In this document: piece after piece, positions 8,710-18,066 of the stretch
Position numbering within the stretch: position 1 is the stretch's first letter
Layout of the letters: every line of letters begins with the position of its first letter
Assembly: GCA_024407725.1 (NCBI GenBank)
Contig: JAKSVZ010000010.1
Span: 1 to 31,218, forward strand
Source of the DNA: Opitutales bacterium
GTDB lineage: Bacteria; Verrucomicrobiota; Verrucomicrobiia; Opitutales; UBA9783
DNA length: 31,218 nt
Direction: 5' to 3'
The notes under the pieces: generated by a model
Seen by the model: only the letters and a program-made list of their open reading frames with translations
Database searches by the model: none
Told to the model about the DNA's origin: nothing
Program-made: the position numbers and the translations under genes

Positions 8710-9243
8710 ATGTTGGTCGCTTGGTTAAGTGCCGGAATAATTGCAATGGGTTTGTTTTGCCTATGGACACGCGAATCCCATCTGCCTATTGTTCAGAAAC
8801 TTCTGCGCAATGACCGATTGGGTAAGTTGGTTTTTGGCCTAGCAAGCGTAGTTTTTTTAATCAAAATCCTTCAATTGGGCGAAGCAGATTTTGGCCGGTA
8901 TAAATTTTTATTGGTGCTCATTTTTGGATTTTCTTTATTGGGATGCGCGCTTTATTGGCAAGATTTCCTGATCGTGCGCGGAATGGTAGTCCTCGGATTA
9001 ATAGGAATTCAAGCAGCATTGGATATCAATTTCGCAACCCCCAACTTGGTTCGCCCATGGGTATCGGCTTATTTGTATCTATGGATTTTGTTGATGATCT
9101 ATGCAGGGGTTTGTCCTTACTGCGTACGTGATATTTTGCCGTATCTCTATCAGTCCAAGGCTTCCAAAATGAAACAGTTGGGCATAGCACATTTACTATA
9201 CGGCGGGTTATTAATCACCCTAATGCTTTGTTGTCATGAATAA
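8710..9243 (+). CDS. Hypothetical multi-pass inner-membrane protein
   Basis: There are about 5 hydrophobic helices (LVAWLSAGIIAMGLFCLW, LVFGLASVVFLIKIL, FLLVLIFGFSLLGCALYW, MVVLGLIGIQAAL, WVSAYLYLWILLMIYAGV, LLYGGLLITLMLC). The stop overlaps the gmk start by 8 nt. The start is ambiguous: GTG at 8641 in the ORF track versus ATG at 8710. I chose 8710 to leave room for divergent promoters. Confidence 0.55.
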   Translation: MLVAWLSAGIIAMGLFCLWTRESHLPIVQKLLRNDRLGKLVFGLASVVFLIKILQLGEADFGRYKFLLVLIFGFSLLGCALYWQDFLIVRGMVVLGLIGIQAALDINFATPNLVRPWVSAYLYLWILLMIYAGVCPYCVRDILPYLYQSKASKMKQLGIAHLLYGGLLITLMLCCHE

Positions 9244-9811
9244 ATTACTGTTGGTATTAACAGGCCCTTCGGGAGTCGGAAAAACTACTTTGTGTACGCA
9301 ATTTCTAAAAACTTACCCCCATGCAAAACGCGTTGTAACTTCAACCACACGCCCTCCTCGTTACACGGAACGGTATGGCGAAGATTATTGGTTTGAAACA
9401 GACGAATCGTTTCATCAAAAACTAGAAGCTAACGAATTTTTGGAACATGCTCAAGTGTACCAATATCATTATGGGGTATCACGCAAAGCAATTACAGGGT
9501 ATAACGACCGCGACCTAATTATTTGCCTAGATGTACAAGGAGCACAAACCTTCCGTACAACTTACCACGAGGAAAATTTAGGGCATCGTCTGGTGATTGT
9601 TTTTGTTACCCCTCCAACTCTCGAGGAATTGGAAAAACGCATTAAGCATCGGGGAACCGATAATGAACGGACGATCCAAACCCGTCTTGAAATCGCGAAG
9701 AAGGAACAGAGTGCCGCATCTTCGTTCGATTACTGTCTATACAGCGGGACTCAAGATCAGGATTTCCTAAACCTCCAGCACATTTATGAGGCGGAAAAAA
9801 TGCGTAGTTAG
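9236..9811 (+). CDS. gmk: Guanylate kinase
   Basis: 191 aa. It has the P-loop LTGPSGVGKTTL, the motif TTRPPRYTERYGEDYWF (TTRxxRxxExxGxdY.F) and the motif EHAQVYQYHYGV. Confidence 0.92.
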   Translation: MNKLLLVLTGPSGVGKTTLCTQFLKTYPHAKRVVTSTTRPPRYTERYGEDYWFETDESFHQKLEANEFLEHAQVYQYHYGVSRKAITGYNDRDLIICLDVQGAQTFRTTYHEENLGHRLVIVFVTPPTLEELEKRIKHRGTDNERTIQTRLEIAKKEQSAASSFDYCLYSGTQDQDFLNLQHIYEAEKMRS

Positions 9812-10215
9812 GCAACGAATTCAAGCGGAATCTCCTTTGCGCTAACTGGGGCTTCAAACTGTAACAAATTGTAGTAGGCGAGGCATAATTCACCCAAAGC
9901 TGCATCGCGTGAGCAAGTTAACAATACCCGTCCGTTTTCTTTGATAATGCAACGACCTTGGTCATCAATTTCAAGATTCAAGGTGGATTTTGCATCCGAA
10001 CGAAATTCACTGAGCAATGGATTGTTGTGGATATCCGTTAAAATGGAAGTTTTCATTTCCTGCATAACTTCCTGCAAACAGCCTTTCTTGGCTAAATTAT
10101 CCATAATGGGTTTAAAATGGAACGTTCCTTTTTGGTCGCTTTTTGCACGACGTATGGCTTGTTCTAAAAACGGTACTCCTATATCCGACAGACTTCTAAT
10201 AGCTAATTTATGCAT
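9808..10215 (-). CDS. Hypothetical protein (135 aa), no recognisable motifs
   Basis: This is the only long ORF in this interval. It converges on gmk with a 4-nt stop overlap. I could not assign a family by eye. Confidence 0.45.
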   Translation of the reverse strand: MHKLAIRSLSDIGVPFLEQAIRRAKSDQKGTFHFKPIMDNLAKKGCLQEVMQEMKTSILTDIHNNPLLSEFRSDAKSTLNLEIDDQGRCIIKENGRVLLTCSRDAALGELCLAYYNLLQFEAPVSAKEIPLEFVA

Positions 10216-10382
10216 GGCACCTTTATTACAAGCATAAATCGTGCCATTTTTAATAAAGTACCCCCGTTTTGCGCGCGAATAACGGTTATTTTTCGCTACA
10301 GATGCTAAACATTACTAATTGTGCAATTTTTTCTAAAAAATGATCGATAGGTAATTTTTACCGATTTAAAGCGGAAATTTTT

Positions 10383-11003
10383 TCAATTATGGAAAGCTTT
10401 TCCTACCTGATAGTGAAAAATTTTCTTAGTTTGCGCGTATTGCCCCTTGAAGAATTGCTCTAAATCAAGGACAGTTGTGGATTTAGCGACTGTTTTGTCA
10501 TCTATGAAAAAATTTCCACCTGACCAATAAACCACCATGCCTCGTTTTTTATTCAAGTGGGGTTTGGCTAACGATATAAAATCGGCAAACGCAGTGACTC
10601 CGCGCCCGACACAAGCATCACCGACCCACTTTAATTGTTCAGAACGCTCACATACCACCTGAACGTTTTTCAAATGTAAGTCTTGTACGATAGCCTCAAC
10701 CGCCCGCATTTTTTTGTGAATCGAATCCATCAACGTAAACGACGTATCGGGAAATAAAATAGCCAAAGGAATACCGGGGATACCCCCGCCGGTGCCAATA
10801 TCTAAAACAGTACGCATTTCAGGATCCAAAAAGCCCTGAGCAGGCAAAATTGGTAAGATGTGGCGTTCAAAGGTATGTTCTGGGTCAACACGGGATATTA
10901 AGTTAATCTTTTGATTCCACTCCAAAAGCAACTGTTCGTAATGGAACAGCTTTTGCCATTGCTCATCGGTAATATTGGGCAAAAATGCTTGGTAGGGATT
11001 CAT
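10383..11003 (-). CDS. rsmG: 16S rRNA (guanine527-N7)-methyltransferase RsmG (GidB)
   Basis: 206 aa. The SAM-binding motif is VLDIGTGGGIPGIPLAILFPD. The N-terminal LLLEWNQKINLIS is typical for GidB. Confidence 0.9.
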   Translation of the reverse strand: MNPYQAFLPNITDEQWQKLFHYEQLLLEWNQKINLISRVDPEHTFERHILPILPAQGFLDPEMRTVLDIGTGGGIPGIPLAILFPDTSFTLMDSIHKKMRAVEAIVQDLHLKNVQVVCERSEQLKWVGDACVGRGVTAFADFISLAKPHLNKKRGMVVYWSGGNFFIDDKTVAKSTTVLDLEQFFKGQYAQTKKIFHYQVGKAFHN

Positions 11004-11054
11004 ATTTGGTTTGTATTAAGCCCCAAACTTCGCTTTAATGCAACTTAACTAACA

Positions 11055-11081
11055 TAAAAAAAGCGCCTTTTTTTAGGCGCT
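11055..11081 (-). terminator. Rho-independent terminator-like hairpin, oriented for minus-strand transcription
   Basis: The plus strand reads AAAAAAA-GCGCC-TTTTTTTA-GGCGC-T. On the minus strand this becomes AGCGCC-TAAAAAAA-GGCGCT followed by a run of 6 T. The stem is 11062-11067 paired with 11076-11081. There is no T-tract on the plus-strand side. Confidence 0.4.
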
Positions 11082-11196
11082 CAAAATGAGAAATAAAAAT
11101 GAAGTGAATAAATTTTTGTTGGTATCAATAAGTAAGACAGCGATTTTTCATAAACGTTCACTGTTTTTTTAAAAAAAATAATAAAAAATTTTCCTT

Positions 11197-12018
11197 ATGC
11201 ACTTTTCTTTGACCTCTCTTCAAGTAGGATGGCTTATAGGCGTGGGGATTTGCACGCTAGGAGGAACGTTCTTTTTTATCAGGGAATGGACTAAACGCAA
11301 GCCATTGAATCCTTTGCCGCCGCTCCAGATGCACTGGTTAAAAATCATTGGGTGCGGATTAATGTTTGTTGTGGTTCCATTGGGAATCCATTGTGTACTC
11401 AAATACATCCTACATGCTCCCAACAAAGGTAATTGGATCTATGGGTATTCCTTTATAACCGAAGGCATTTTGGGGCTATTTTTCCTAAAAATCATGCGTC
11501 AGCGTGCATTCGCCATGAATGCCAATCGGTATAAGCTATCCCATATAGGGCTTACCATTCACGGGTTTTTGCAATTACTGCCTATCGTTATTGTTAGCAT
11601 GATAGGGTGGGGGATTGTGCTGTACGTACTCAAACGCTTAGGGTTACCGATTCGTATCGACCCACAGCCGGTTGTCCAATTGTTATTAGCCCATAATCCT
11701 ACGCCCTTTAGTATGGCGGCTATTATCCTAACCATCGGGGTATTCGCTCCCATTTGCGAAGAAGTTTTTTTCCGAGGCATTCTGCTGCGCTTTTTCTGCC
11801 GTTTTGCATCGTTGAAAGTCAGTCTGTGGGTCGATGCATTCATTTTTGCTCTGGTGCATCACCATCTAACAACCTTTGTTCCGCTTATGTTGTTGGGATA
11901 CTATTTCTGCAAATACTACGCACGCGGAGGAAATTTGTGGGTTAATATAGGGATGCATGCGCTATTTAACCTAGGGAATTTGGCAAACATTTTCATTTTA
12001 AAGTCGCTTGTCCTATGA
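11197..12018 (+). CDS. CPBP-family intramembrane glutamic endopeptidase (CAAX protease-like)
   Basis: 273 aa and polytopic. Motif 1 is PICEEVFFRGILL (EExxxR). Motif 2 is FALVHH. Motif 3 is GMHALFNLGN. Confidence 0.85.
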   Translation: MHFSLTSLQVGWLIGVGICTLGGTFFFIREWTKRKPLNPLPPLQMHWLKIIGCGLMFVVVPLGIHCVLKYILHAPNKGNWIYGYSFITEGILGLFFLKIMRQRAFAMNANRYKLSHIGLTIHGFLQLLPIVIVSMIGWGIVLYVLKRLGLPIRIDPQPVVQLLLAHNPTPFSMAAIILTIGVFAPICEEVFFRGILLRFFCRFASLKVSLWVDAFIFALVHHHLTTFVPLMLLGYYFCKYYARGGNLWVNIGMHALFNLGNLANIFILKSLVL

Positions 12019-12416
12019 AACAGGAATGGAAGCTTTCCTGTGAATCATATTTAGAAACCGTTGCGCAAACGATTGCGAAACAAGCGGGAGAACAGTATTT
12101 CATCGCGCTGCAGGGAGAATTGGGCAGCGGAAAGACCACCTTTGTTAAGTATTTGGGGCGCATTTGGGGTATCGCAGACGTGAAAAGCCCATCGTACGAT
12201 ATTATGCATGTGCATCGGGGAACACAAAGAACCCTCATTCATATCGATGCCTATCGTTTAAAAGGGAAAAGCGAACTTTTTTTGGATGACGTATGCAAAC
12301 CACCGTTTTGTTTGGTAGTTGAATGGCCTGAGTGCTTATCGTTAAGCATTCCCTTTGATATCCATTTGCAGTTCTCCATCAAAAGCGCCACTGAACGATG
12401 GATTCAAGCAACTTAA
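12015..12416 (+). CDS. tsaE: tRNA t6A37 biosynthesis ATPase TsaE (YjeE)
   Basis: 133 aa. The P-loop is LQGELGSGKTTFVKYL, followed by SPSYDIMH and the HIDAYRL motif. The ATGA overlaps the upstream stop. Confidence 0.87.
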   Translation: MKQEWKLSCESYLETVAQTIAKQAGEQYFIALQGELGSGKTTFVKYLGRIWGIADVKSPSYDIMHVHRGTQRTLIHIDAYRLKGKSELFLDDVCKPPFCLVVEWPECLSLSIPFDIHLQFSIKSATERWIQAT

Positions 12417-12922
12417 CAGTTTTATACCCTGCGCCGATTGGGGTGCTTCAATTAGAGGCGAACGAACAGGGAGCGTTAACGCATATTCAATGGCAGCCGC
12501 CGGTACGGTTGATTCCCAAAGCTCTACCTATGTGGCATTCCGACCAACACAGTTTTTCGGCAGGCAGTTGTGCATCGGAGGTACTCAAAACCCTCTGTGA
12601 GCAATTGGATACTTACTTTTTTGGCAGCCGTACTCCATTTACCCTGCCCATTGCTTATGAAGGTAGCGCGTTTGAACAAGCGGTGTGGAAGGCGTTAACC
12701 TTAATTCCTTACGGAACGGTTCGGACTTATAAACAAATCGCGTTACAGTGCGGTCATCCCCAAGCGGTACGCGCGGTAGGGCAAGCGTTGCATCGAAATC
12801 CATTGCTCATTGTTATCCCGTGCCATCGGGTGATTGCTTCTGATGGGACACTTGGGGGATTTGCGTGCGGAGTGGCAGTTAAACAGTTTTTGTTGCGCCT
12901 TGAGGGAGTAACGTTATTTTAG
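12398..12922 (+). CDS. ogt: Methylated-DNA--protein-cysteine methyltransferase (Ogt/MGMT)
   Basis: 174 aa. The active site is IVIPCHRVIASDGTLGGF (PCHRV). The helix-turn-helix region is IPYGTVRTYKQIA. Confidence 0.9.
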   Translation: MDSSNLTVLYPAPIGVLQLEANEQGALTHIQWQPPVRLIPKALPMWHSDQHSFSAGSCASEVLKTLCEQLDTYFFGSRTPFTLPIAYEGSAFEQAVWKALTLIPYGTVRTYKQIALQCGHPQAVRAVGQALHRNPLLIVIPCHRVIASDGTLGGFACGVAVKQFLLRLEGVTLF

Positions 12923-12938
12923 CCCTAAAATTATAAAA

Positions 12939-14360
12939 TTAAAGGGGTTCTACCCTATATCCTTGAGCGTTATCTAAGACACGCCACCCTTTATCCATCA
13001 ATGCTTTTCGCAGGTTATCCGCTTCTTGATACTCACCGGAGCGCTTACACTGCCAACGTTTTTCAGCAAGTTCCTGAATTTCTGGGGGAATGCTAACACG
13101 TTGCTCGACCGGTTGAATACCTAAGGCATATAGCATTGCAAGCCATTCAGGGAACACCGTTTTCGCTTCATCCAACGATAACTGGGGATGTTGCCCCATA
13201 AACGAAAACAAGCAACCTAAGGCTTTTGGGGTATTGAGGTCGTCATGCAGCAACGCATCAAAAAACGGCTGAAGCCACTGCAGATGATCCGGCAAAGTTG
13301 CTTGTTGAATCAAGGTGGACAGGGTAGCGAAATCAACGCTCAATTGCTTACATAATGCCTGAGTGTACGCATAGATTTTATGCAATGCGCTTTGGGCAGC
13401 ATTCAAATTTTCAAACGTAAAATTCAACGGCTTGCGGTAATGGCCTGCGATTAAGGCATAACGAACGGTTGATGGTTCATAATGCTGCTCTTGAAGGGAA
13501 TCTAACGTATATAAATTCCCCAGTTTTTTGGACATTTTTTGCCCATTTACCCGCAGGTGAGCAATATGCAGCCAATGGTTAACAAAAGGCACTTTGTAAG
13601 CCGATTCGGACTGAGCAATTTCATTTTCGTGGTGAGGAAAAACCAAATCCACTCCTCCGCTATGCACATCCAAGGTTCCCCCTAAATACCGATGGGTCAT
13701 TGCGCTGCATTCCGTATGCCATCCAGGGCGTCCGCGTCCCCAAGGGCTATCCCAAGCAACTGCACCATCTTCGGGCTTATAGGCCTTCCAAAGCGCAAAG
13801 TCGGCTATTTGATCGCGTTCGTACTCATCGGCATCATTGGATTGCTCCGCGCTATTAAGATCCTGAGTTTGTAATTCGCGCTCATTTAAATGCGAAAGTT
13901 TACCGTAATCCTTGCAGGCTGAAATGCGGAAGTAAACAGAGCCGTTACGTGCATAAGCGTATCCATTATCCATCAACAATTGAATCAGAGCCAATTGGTC
14001 ATCAATGGTTTCGGTCGCTTTTGGTTCAACCGTGGGAGGTAATAAATTCAAACGCTCGCAATCATTATGGAAGCGTTGAGTCCAATACGTGGTAAATTCC
14101 TGCAAACTTTGATTGTTTTGATGAGCGCCGCGAATGGTTTTGTCATCCACATCCGTAATGTTGCGCACATAGCAAACAGCTACCTTAAGCAGCTTCAATA
14201 ACCGCACCAACACATCCTGTACGACATAAGTCCTAAAATTACCGATGTGAGCAGGTCCGTAAACAGTGGGTCCGCAACAATAGGTTTTAAACGGTTTCTG
14301 GGGCTCCAAAACAATAGCTTCGCACTGGCGTGATTGGGTATTGAATAGATTCAGTTCCAT
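12939..14360 (-). CDS. cysS: Cysteine--tRNA ligase
   Basis: 473 aa. It has GPAHIGNFRT (HIGH), the zinc/Cys-site WHTECSAM, and KMSKKLGN (KMSKS). The start overlaps the clpC stop by 1 nt (TAATG). Confidence 0.95.
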   Translation of the reverse strand: MELNLFNTQSRQCEAIVLEPQKPFKTYCCGPTVYGPAHIGNFRTYVVQDVLVRLLKLLKVAVCYVRNITDVDDKTIRGAHQNNQSLQEFTTYWTQRFHNDCERLNLLPPTVEPKATETIDDQLALIQLLMDNGYAYARNGSVYFRISACKDYGKLSHLNERELQTQDLNSAEQSNDADEYERDQIADFALWKAYKPEDGAVAWDSPWGRGRPGWHTECSAMTHRYLGGTLDVHSGGVDLVFPHHENEIAQSESAYKVPFVNHWLHIAHLRVNGQKMSKKLGNLYTLDSLQEQHYEPSTVRYALIAGHYRKPLNFTFENLNAAQSALHKIYAYTQALCKQLSVDFATLSTLIQQATLPDHLQWLQPFFDALLHDDLNTPKALGCLFSFMGQHPQLSLDEAKTVFPEWLAMLYALGIQPVEQRVSIPPEIQELAEKRWQCKRSGEYQEADNLRKALMDKGWRVLDNAQGYRVEPL

Positions 14361-16915
14361 TATTTAGCCCCAGCAGTTGTGGTTCGACGCGTTGACTTCG
14401 ATACTTTGAACTCCAACCCGTCCGAACCTTTACGTTTATAAAGGGTAACCGTTTGATTTGGGTGAATATGACCCATTAATAGCCCATCTGCCAATCGATT
14501 TCCTACATGGAATTCAATTGCATGCTTTAACGGACGCGCACCCATCTTTTCATTAAATCCTTTTTCGATTAAAAATGCTTTAACCGACTCATCCCATTTT
14601 AACTGAATACGTTTATCAGCCAAGCGCTTCCGTACGGTTTCCAGTTCTAATTGGACAATGGTATCCATATCTTCGCGCGCCAAGGGATGGAACACAACCA
14701 CTTCGTCGATACGGTTTAAAAATTCCGGCTTAAAGGTGGTTTTTGCCGCATCCATCACCAAAGATTTAAGCTGTTCAAACGCTCTATTCGGATCTTCGAC
14801 GGTAAAACCAAGCCCTGAATCCCGCTGAATGCTCTGAGCACCCACGTTGGAAGTCATCACCAAAATAGTATTTTTGAAATCCACACGGCGTCCCGCTGTA
14901 TCCGTTAAATGACCTTCCTCCAATACCTGCAACAGCAATTGGATGACATCTGGGTGAGCCTTTTCAATCTCATCCAGCAGCACAATAGAGTAGGGCTTGC
15001 GGCGTACTGCTTCGGTCAACTGTCCACCGTTTTCATAACCAACATACCCAGGAGGCGAACCAATTAAGCGCGAAACCGTATGTTTTTCCATGTATTCCGA
15101 CATATCGAGTTGGATAACCGCATCACGATTACCAAACACCTCTTCGGCAATCAACTTAACTAAGTAGGTTTTGCCAACTCCGGTTGGACCTAAGAACAAG
15201 AACGAACCATTCGGACATGCAGGATTTTTCAAATCCGTACGAGAACGTTTTAAAATTTGAGCAATTGCGCTTACCGCCTCTTTTTGACCAACAATCTGCT
15301 TGTTTAACCGCTGTTCTATCTGCATGTAGTGGTTCAAAGCGCCGCGTTCAATTTTTTCAATAGGAATACCGGTCCAATCAAAAATAATCTTTTGTAGGGT
15401 GTTTTCTTTAACCGACAAACGCTTACTGGAGGTTTTTTTCTTCCAATCCTCCAACAATTGTTCGCGTTTTTTCCGCAATTCCTGCTCTTCATTGCGCCAA
15501 TGAACTGCTTCTTCAAAGCTTTGGCGGTTAATCGCAAGGGATTTTTTGGTACGCGCTACCTGAATTGCCTGATCTAAATTGTCGACCGATGGCAACTGAC
15601 GTTTTTGGTCAATCCGTGTGCGCGAACCTGCTTCATCCATCAAATCAATGGCTTTATCGGGGAAATACCGATGGGGGATATAACGCTGCGTTAATTGTAC
15701 CGCTTGACCTAAAATCGCATCGGAATAAGTAACGTTGTGGAACGCTTCATAACGGTCTTTAATACCGCGTAAAATTTCAACGGTTTCCGCGCAGGAAGGC
15801 TGCTCCATGACGATCATTTGAAAACGACGGCTTAAAGCGCTGTCTTTCTCAAGATACATACGATATTCGTTCAAGGTCGTGGCACCAATGCATTGCAATT
15901 GCCCACGCGCTAAAGCAGGTTTGAGGATATTGGAAACATCCATAGAACCTTCGGCAGAACCCGCACCCACAATGGTATGCAATTCATCCAAAAATAAAAT
16001 GACCGAAGATCGTTGAACTTCAACCAACAAGCGTTTAATCCGTTCTTCAAACTGACCTCTGTATTTCGTTCCCGATAACAACAGAGCCAAATCTAAATTA
16101 ATAACCCTTTTGTCCAGCAAGATATCCGGAACCTGTTGGCGTACAATACGTTGCGCCAGCCCTTCAACCACCGCTGTTTTCCCAATACCGGCTTCCCCAA
16201 TTAACACCGGATTGTTCTTGGTACGACGGCATAAGATTTGAACCAATCGATCCAATTCCTTTTCGCGTCCAACCACAGGATCTAATTCATCATTGCGCGC
16301 TTTTCGCGTTAAATCCTGACCAAAAGACTCCAAAACACTATTGGACGATGTAGCATTAGGGGTTAGGGATACCGTAGGTTGCTCTTCATTTTCTTCCGTT
16401 TCATCATCCCCATCGTTATTCGCAAAAATATCTTCGTCGTCATCCCCATCGTCCTCATCGTTCTCAGAGTTTAACTCGAGCAGGATTTGCCGACGATACG
16501 TATTCAAATCAACGTTAAAGGAATGCAATAGGTCAATGCCCAACCCTTGTCCTACTTCCAACAATCCCAACAGCAAGTGTTCGGTACCGATATAGACATG
16601 ATGGAACTGCTGAGCTAACGACTGGGCTGATTGAAAAATCTTACGGATGCACGGCGTTTCGGTAACACATTGCGTTGAGGATACCGGAACCGTATACGTT
16701 TTGGAGTCTTCCTGCATCTTATTCCATAAACAGGAACGTATTTGGGTAGTATCGACTCCCATGCGCTGCAATAATTTTACTGCAATGCTTTGATCGATAT
16801 CCAACAGACCTAACAGCAAATGGTCACTGCCGACATGCGTTTGTTGCAAATCAGACGCTAATTGTTTAGCGATTGCAATCACTCGAACGGCTTTTGGGGT
16901 AAATTTACTTGGCAT
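14360..16915 (-). CDS. clpC: ATP-dependent Clp protease ATP-binding subunit ClpC (class I AAA+ unfoldase)
   Basis: It has a duplicated N-domain repeat ([10 protein letters not shown] and [10 protein letters not shown]). D1 Walker A is [15 protein letters not shown]. It has a short middle domain. D2 Walker A is [15 protein letters not shown]. The ClpP-docking tripeptide is in [10 protein letters not shown] moved the start to [12 protein letters not shown] (ATG at 16915). The 22-codon extension in the ORF track overlaps the mcsB-like C-terminus. Confidence 0.93.
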   Translation of the reverse strand: MPSKFTPKAVRVIAIAKQLASDLQQTHVGSDHLLLGLLDIDQSIAVKLLQRMGVDTTQIRSCLWNKMQEDSKTYTVPVSSTQCVTETPCIRKIFQSAQSLAQQFHHVYIGTEHLLLGLLEVGQGLGIDLLHSFNVDLNTYRRQILLELNSENDEDDGDDDEDIFANNDGDDETEENEEQPTVSLTPNATSSNSVLESFGQDLTRKARNDELDPVVGREKELDRLVQILCRRTKNNPVLIGEAGIGKTAVVEGLAQRIVRQQVPDILLDKRVINLDLALLLSGTKYRGQFEERIKRLLVEVQRSSVILFLDELHTIVGAGSAEGSMDVSNILKPALARGQLQCIGATTLNEYRMYLEKDSALSRRFQMIVMEQPSCAETVEILRGIKDRYEAFHNVTYSDAILGQAVQLTQRYIPHRYFPDKAIDLMDEAGSRTRIDQKRQLPSVDNLDQAIQVARTKKSLAINRQSFEEAVHWRNEEQELRKKREQLLEDWKKKTSSKRLSVKENTLQKIIFDWTGIPIEKIERGALNHYMQIEQRLNKQIVGQKEAVSAIAQILKRSRTDLKNPACPNGSFLFLGPTGVGKTYLVKLIAEEVFGNRDAVIQLDMSEYMEKHTVSRLIGSPPGYVGYENGGQLTEAVRRKPYSIVLLDEIEKAHPDVIQLLLQVLEEGHLTDTAGRRVDFKNTILVMTSNVGAQSIQRDSGLGFTVEDPNRAFEQLKSLVMDAAKTTFKPEFLNRIDEVVVFHPLAREDMDTIVQLELETVRKRLADKRIQLKWDESVKAFLIEKGFNEKMGARPLKHAIEFHVGNRLADGLLMGHIHPNQTVTLYKRKGSDGLEFKVSKSTRRTTTAGAK

Positions 16916-17978
16916 GACGCGCCTTTCTTTCGGAGACCCAATGAATGTTTTTCGAGCAATACGACTTAAGCAATTGAGCACGTACCCGCGAAGCCTGTTC
17001 GGGGGTTAATTGCTTTTGCGTAAACGCTTGCAGGTACTCATTTGATAACGAGCGCCATAATAACTTCAACGCGGTTGGATGTTGATGCGACAAAAGGTTC
17101 GTATGAATCCCCAATACAACCACGGAAACTAACTCAGTTGCTTCATCATAGGACAATTCGCAACAATTTTGCAATAATCCCAAGGCGCGTCCAACGCTAT
17201 CCTTAATAAATACTGAGCGCTTGGAAACCAATTCTTTGCGCGCTTGTAATTCATCCATTACCATTTTGGCACACATAGCTTCAACTTGGGTAATTAATTG
17301 GGATTCGCTGCATCCAAGCCCACTATCGTTTGCCAAATAAAATAAATGACCGACCACCTTGCTTTGCGCCGTATCCGCTGGAGTTAAACACAGGTTAGTC
17401 TTCTTAAGCGTTTGAACCCAATCGGCTACCTGCTGCTTCAAGCATAATCCAGGCAAATGAAGCAATGCCCACGCGCTTAAACCAGTACCGGTTGCAAATG
17501 GTGCACTGTTCACATAACCGATTTGCGGATCAAACGCAAAATCCAAATGTGTGTCCAAAGCCGATTCCAACTGCATGAGTTCATCCGCACAACGCTTTAT
17601 GGTGCCATCAGGGCGTGTAATACGCAAACGTATGTGGTTGATATCATGAGCAATAATTTGAGTAAAATGCTTCTTGTGATACCAAATGGTGGTTTCTTCG
17701 CAGGGAACCTGTAGGCCACAAGCCTTCTTTAACAGCGCACGTTCATCGTGAGAGCAATCTTTCCAAGACAATTCGACCCAATCATTAGGGAATCCCGAAA
17801 GTTTATGCAAAGCAGCGCGTAGGATATCTAAAATTTCCATGCGTTGCTGCAAATGGGTATGAGAGGTGAATGGATAACCCGCTAAATTTCGGTACAAACA
17901 AGCGCCTTTGCTCACACAAACCGTTTGTTTGCTAGAGCGTACTTGTTGTTGCCACAATAGACGGATACCTTCTAACAT
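16905..17978 (-). CDS. McsB-like protein (ATP:guanido phosphotransferase fold) with degenerate catalytic motifs. Predicted pseudokinase or ClpC adaptor.
   Basis: 357 aa, collinear with B. subtilis McsB as I recall it. DFAFDPQIGYVNSAPFATGTGLSAWALLHLPGL aligns to [33 protein letters not shown]. The canonical motifs are altered (see findings). Confidence 0.8.
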   Translation of the reverse strand: MLEGIRLLWQQQVRSSKQTVCVSKGACLYRNLAGYPFTSHTHLQQRMEILDILRAALHKLSGFPNDWVELSWKDCSHDERALLKKACGLQVPCEETTIWYHKKHFTQIIAHDINHIRLRITRPDGTIKRCADELMQLESALDTHLDFAFDPQIGYVNSAPFATGTGLSAWALLHLPGLCLKQQVADWVQTLKKTNLCLTPADTAQSKVVGHLFYLANDSGLGCSESQLITQVEAMCAKMVMDELQARKELVSKRSVFIKDSVGRALGLLQNCCELSYDEATELVSVVVLGIHTNLLSHQHPTALKLLWRSLSNEYLQAFTQKQLTPEQASRVRAQLLKSYCSKNIHWVSERKARHAK

Positions 17979-18036
17979 GAATTTGAAATACGATCGTTTC
18001 CCAACTACTTATCGTTATTTAATATAACGACCGTTT

Positions 18037-18066
18037 ATTATAATTTATGGGACCAAATTGCTTCAA
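18037..18066 (-). promoter_or_regulatory. Candidate sigma70-type promoter for mcsB-like/clpC/cysS
   Basis: On the minus strand the -35 is TTGAAG (18066-18061), followed by an 18-nt spacer and a perfect -10 TATAAT (18042-18037). It lies immediately downstream of the rmuC stop and about 55 nt upstream of the mcsB-like ATG. Confidence 0.4.

Noticed and set aside
11100-11150. Eight-codon mini-ORF (MKNRCLTY) upstream of the orphan terminator, as a leader peptide.
   Set aside because: It is too short and has no recognisable SD or regulatory codon run. It is mentioned only as context for the terminator finding.
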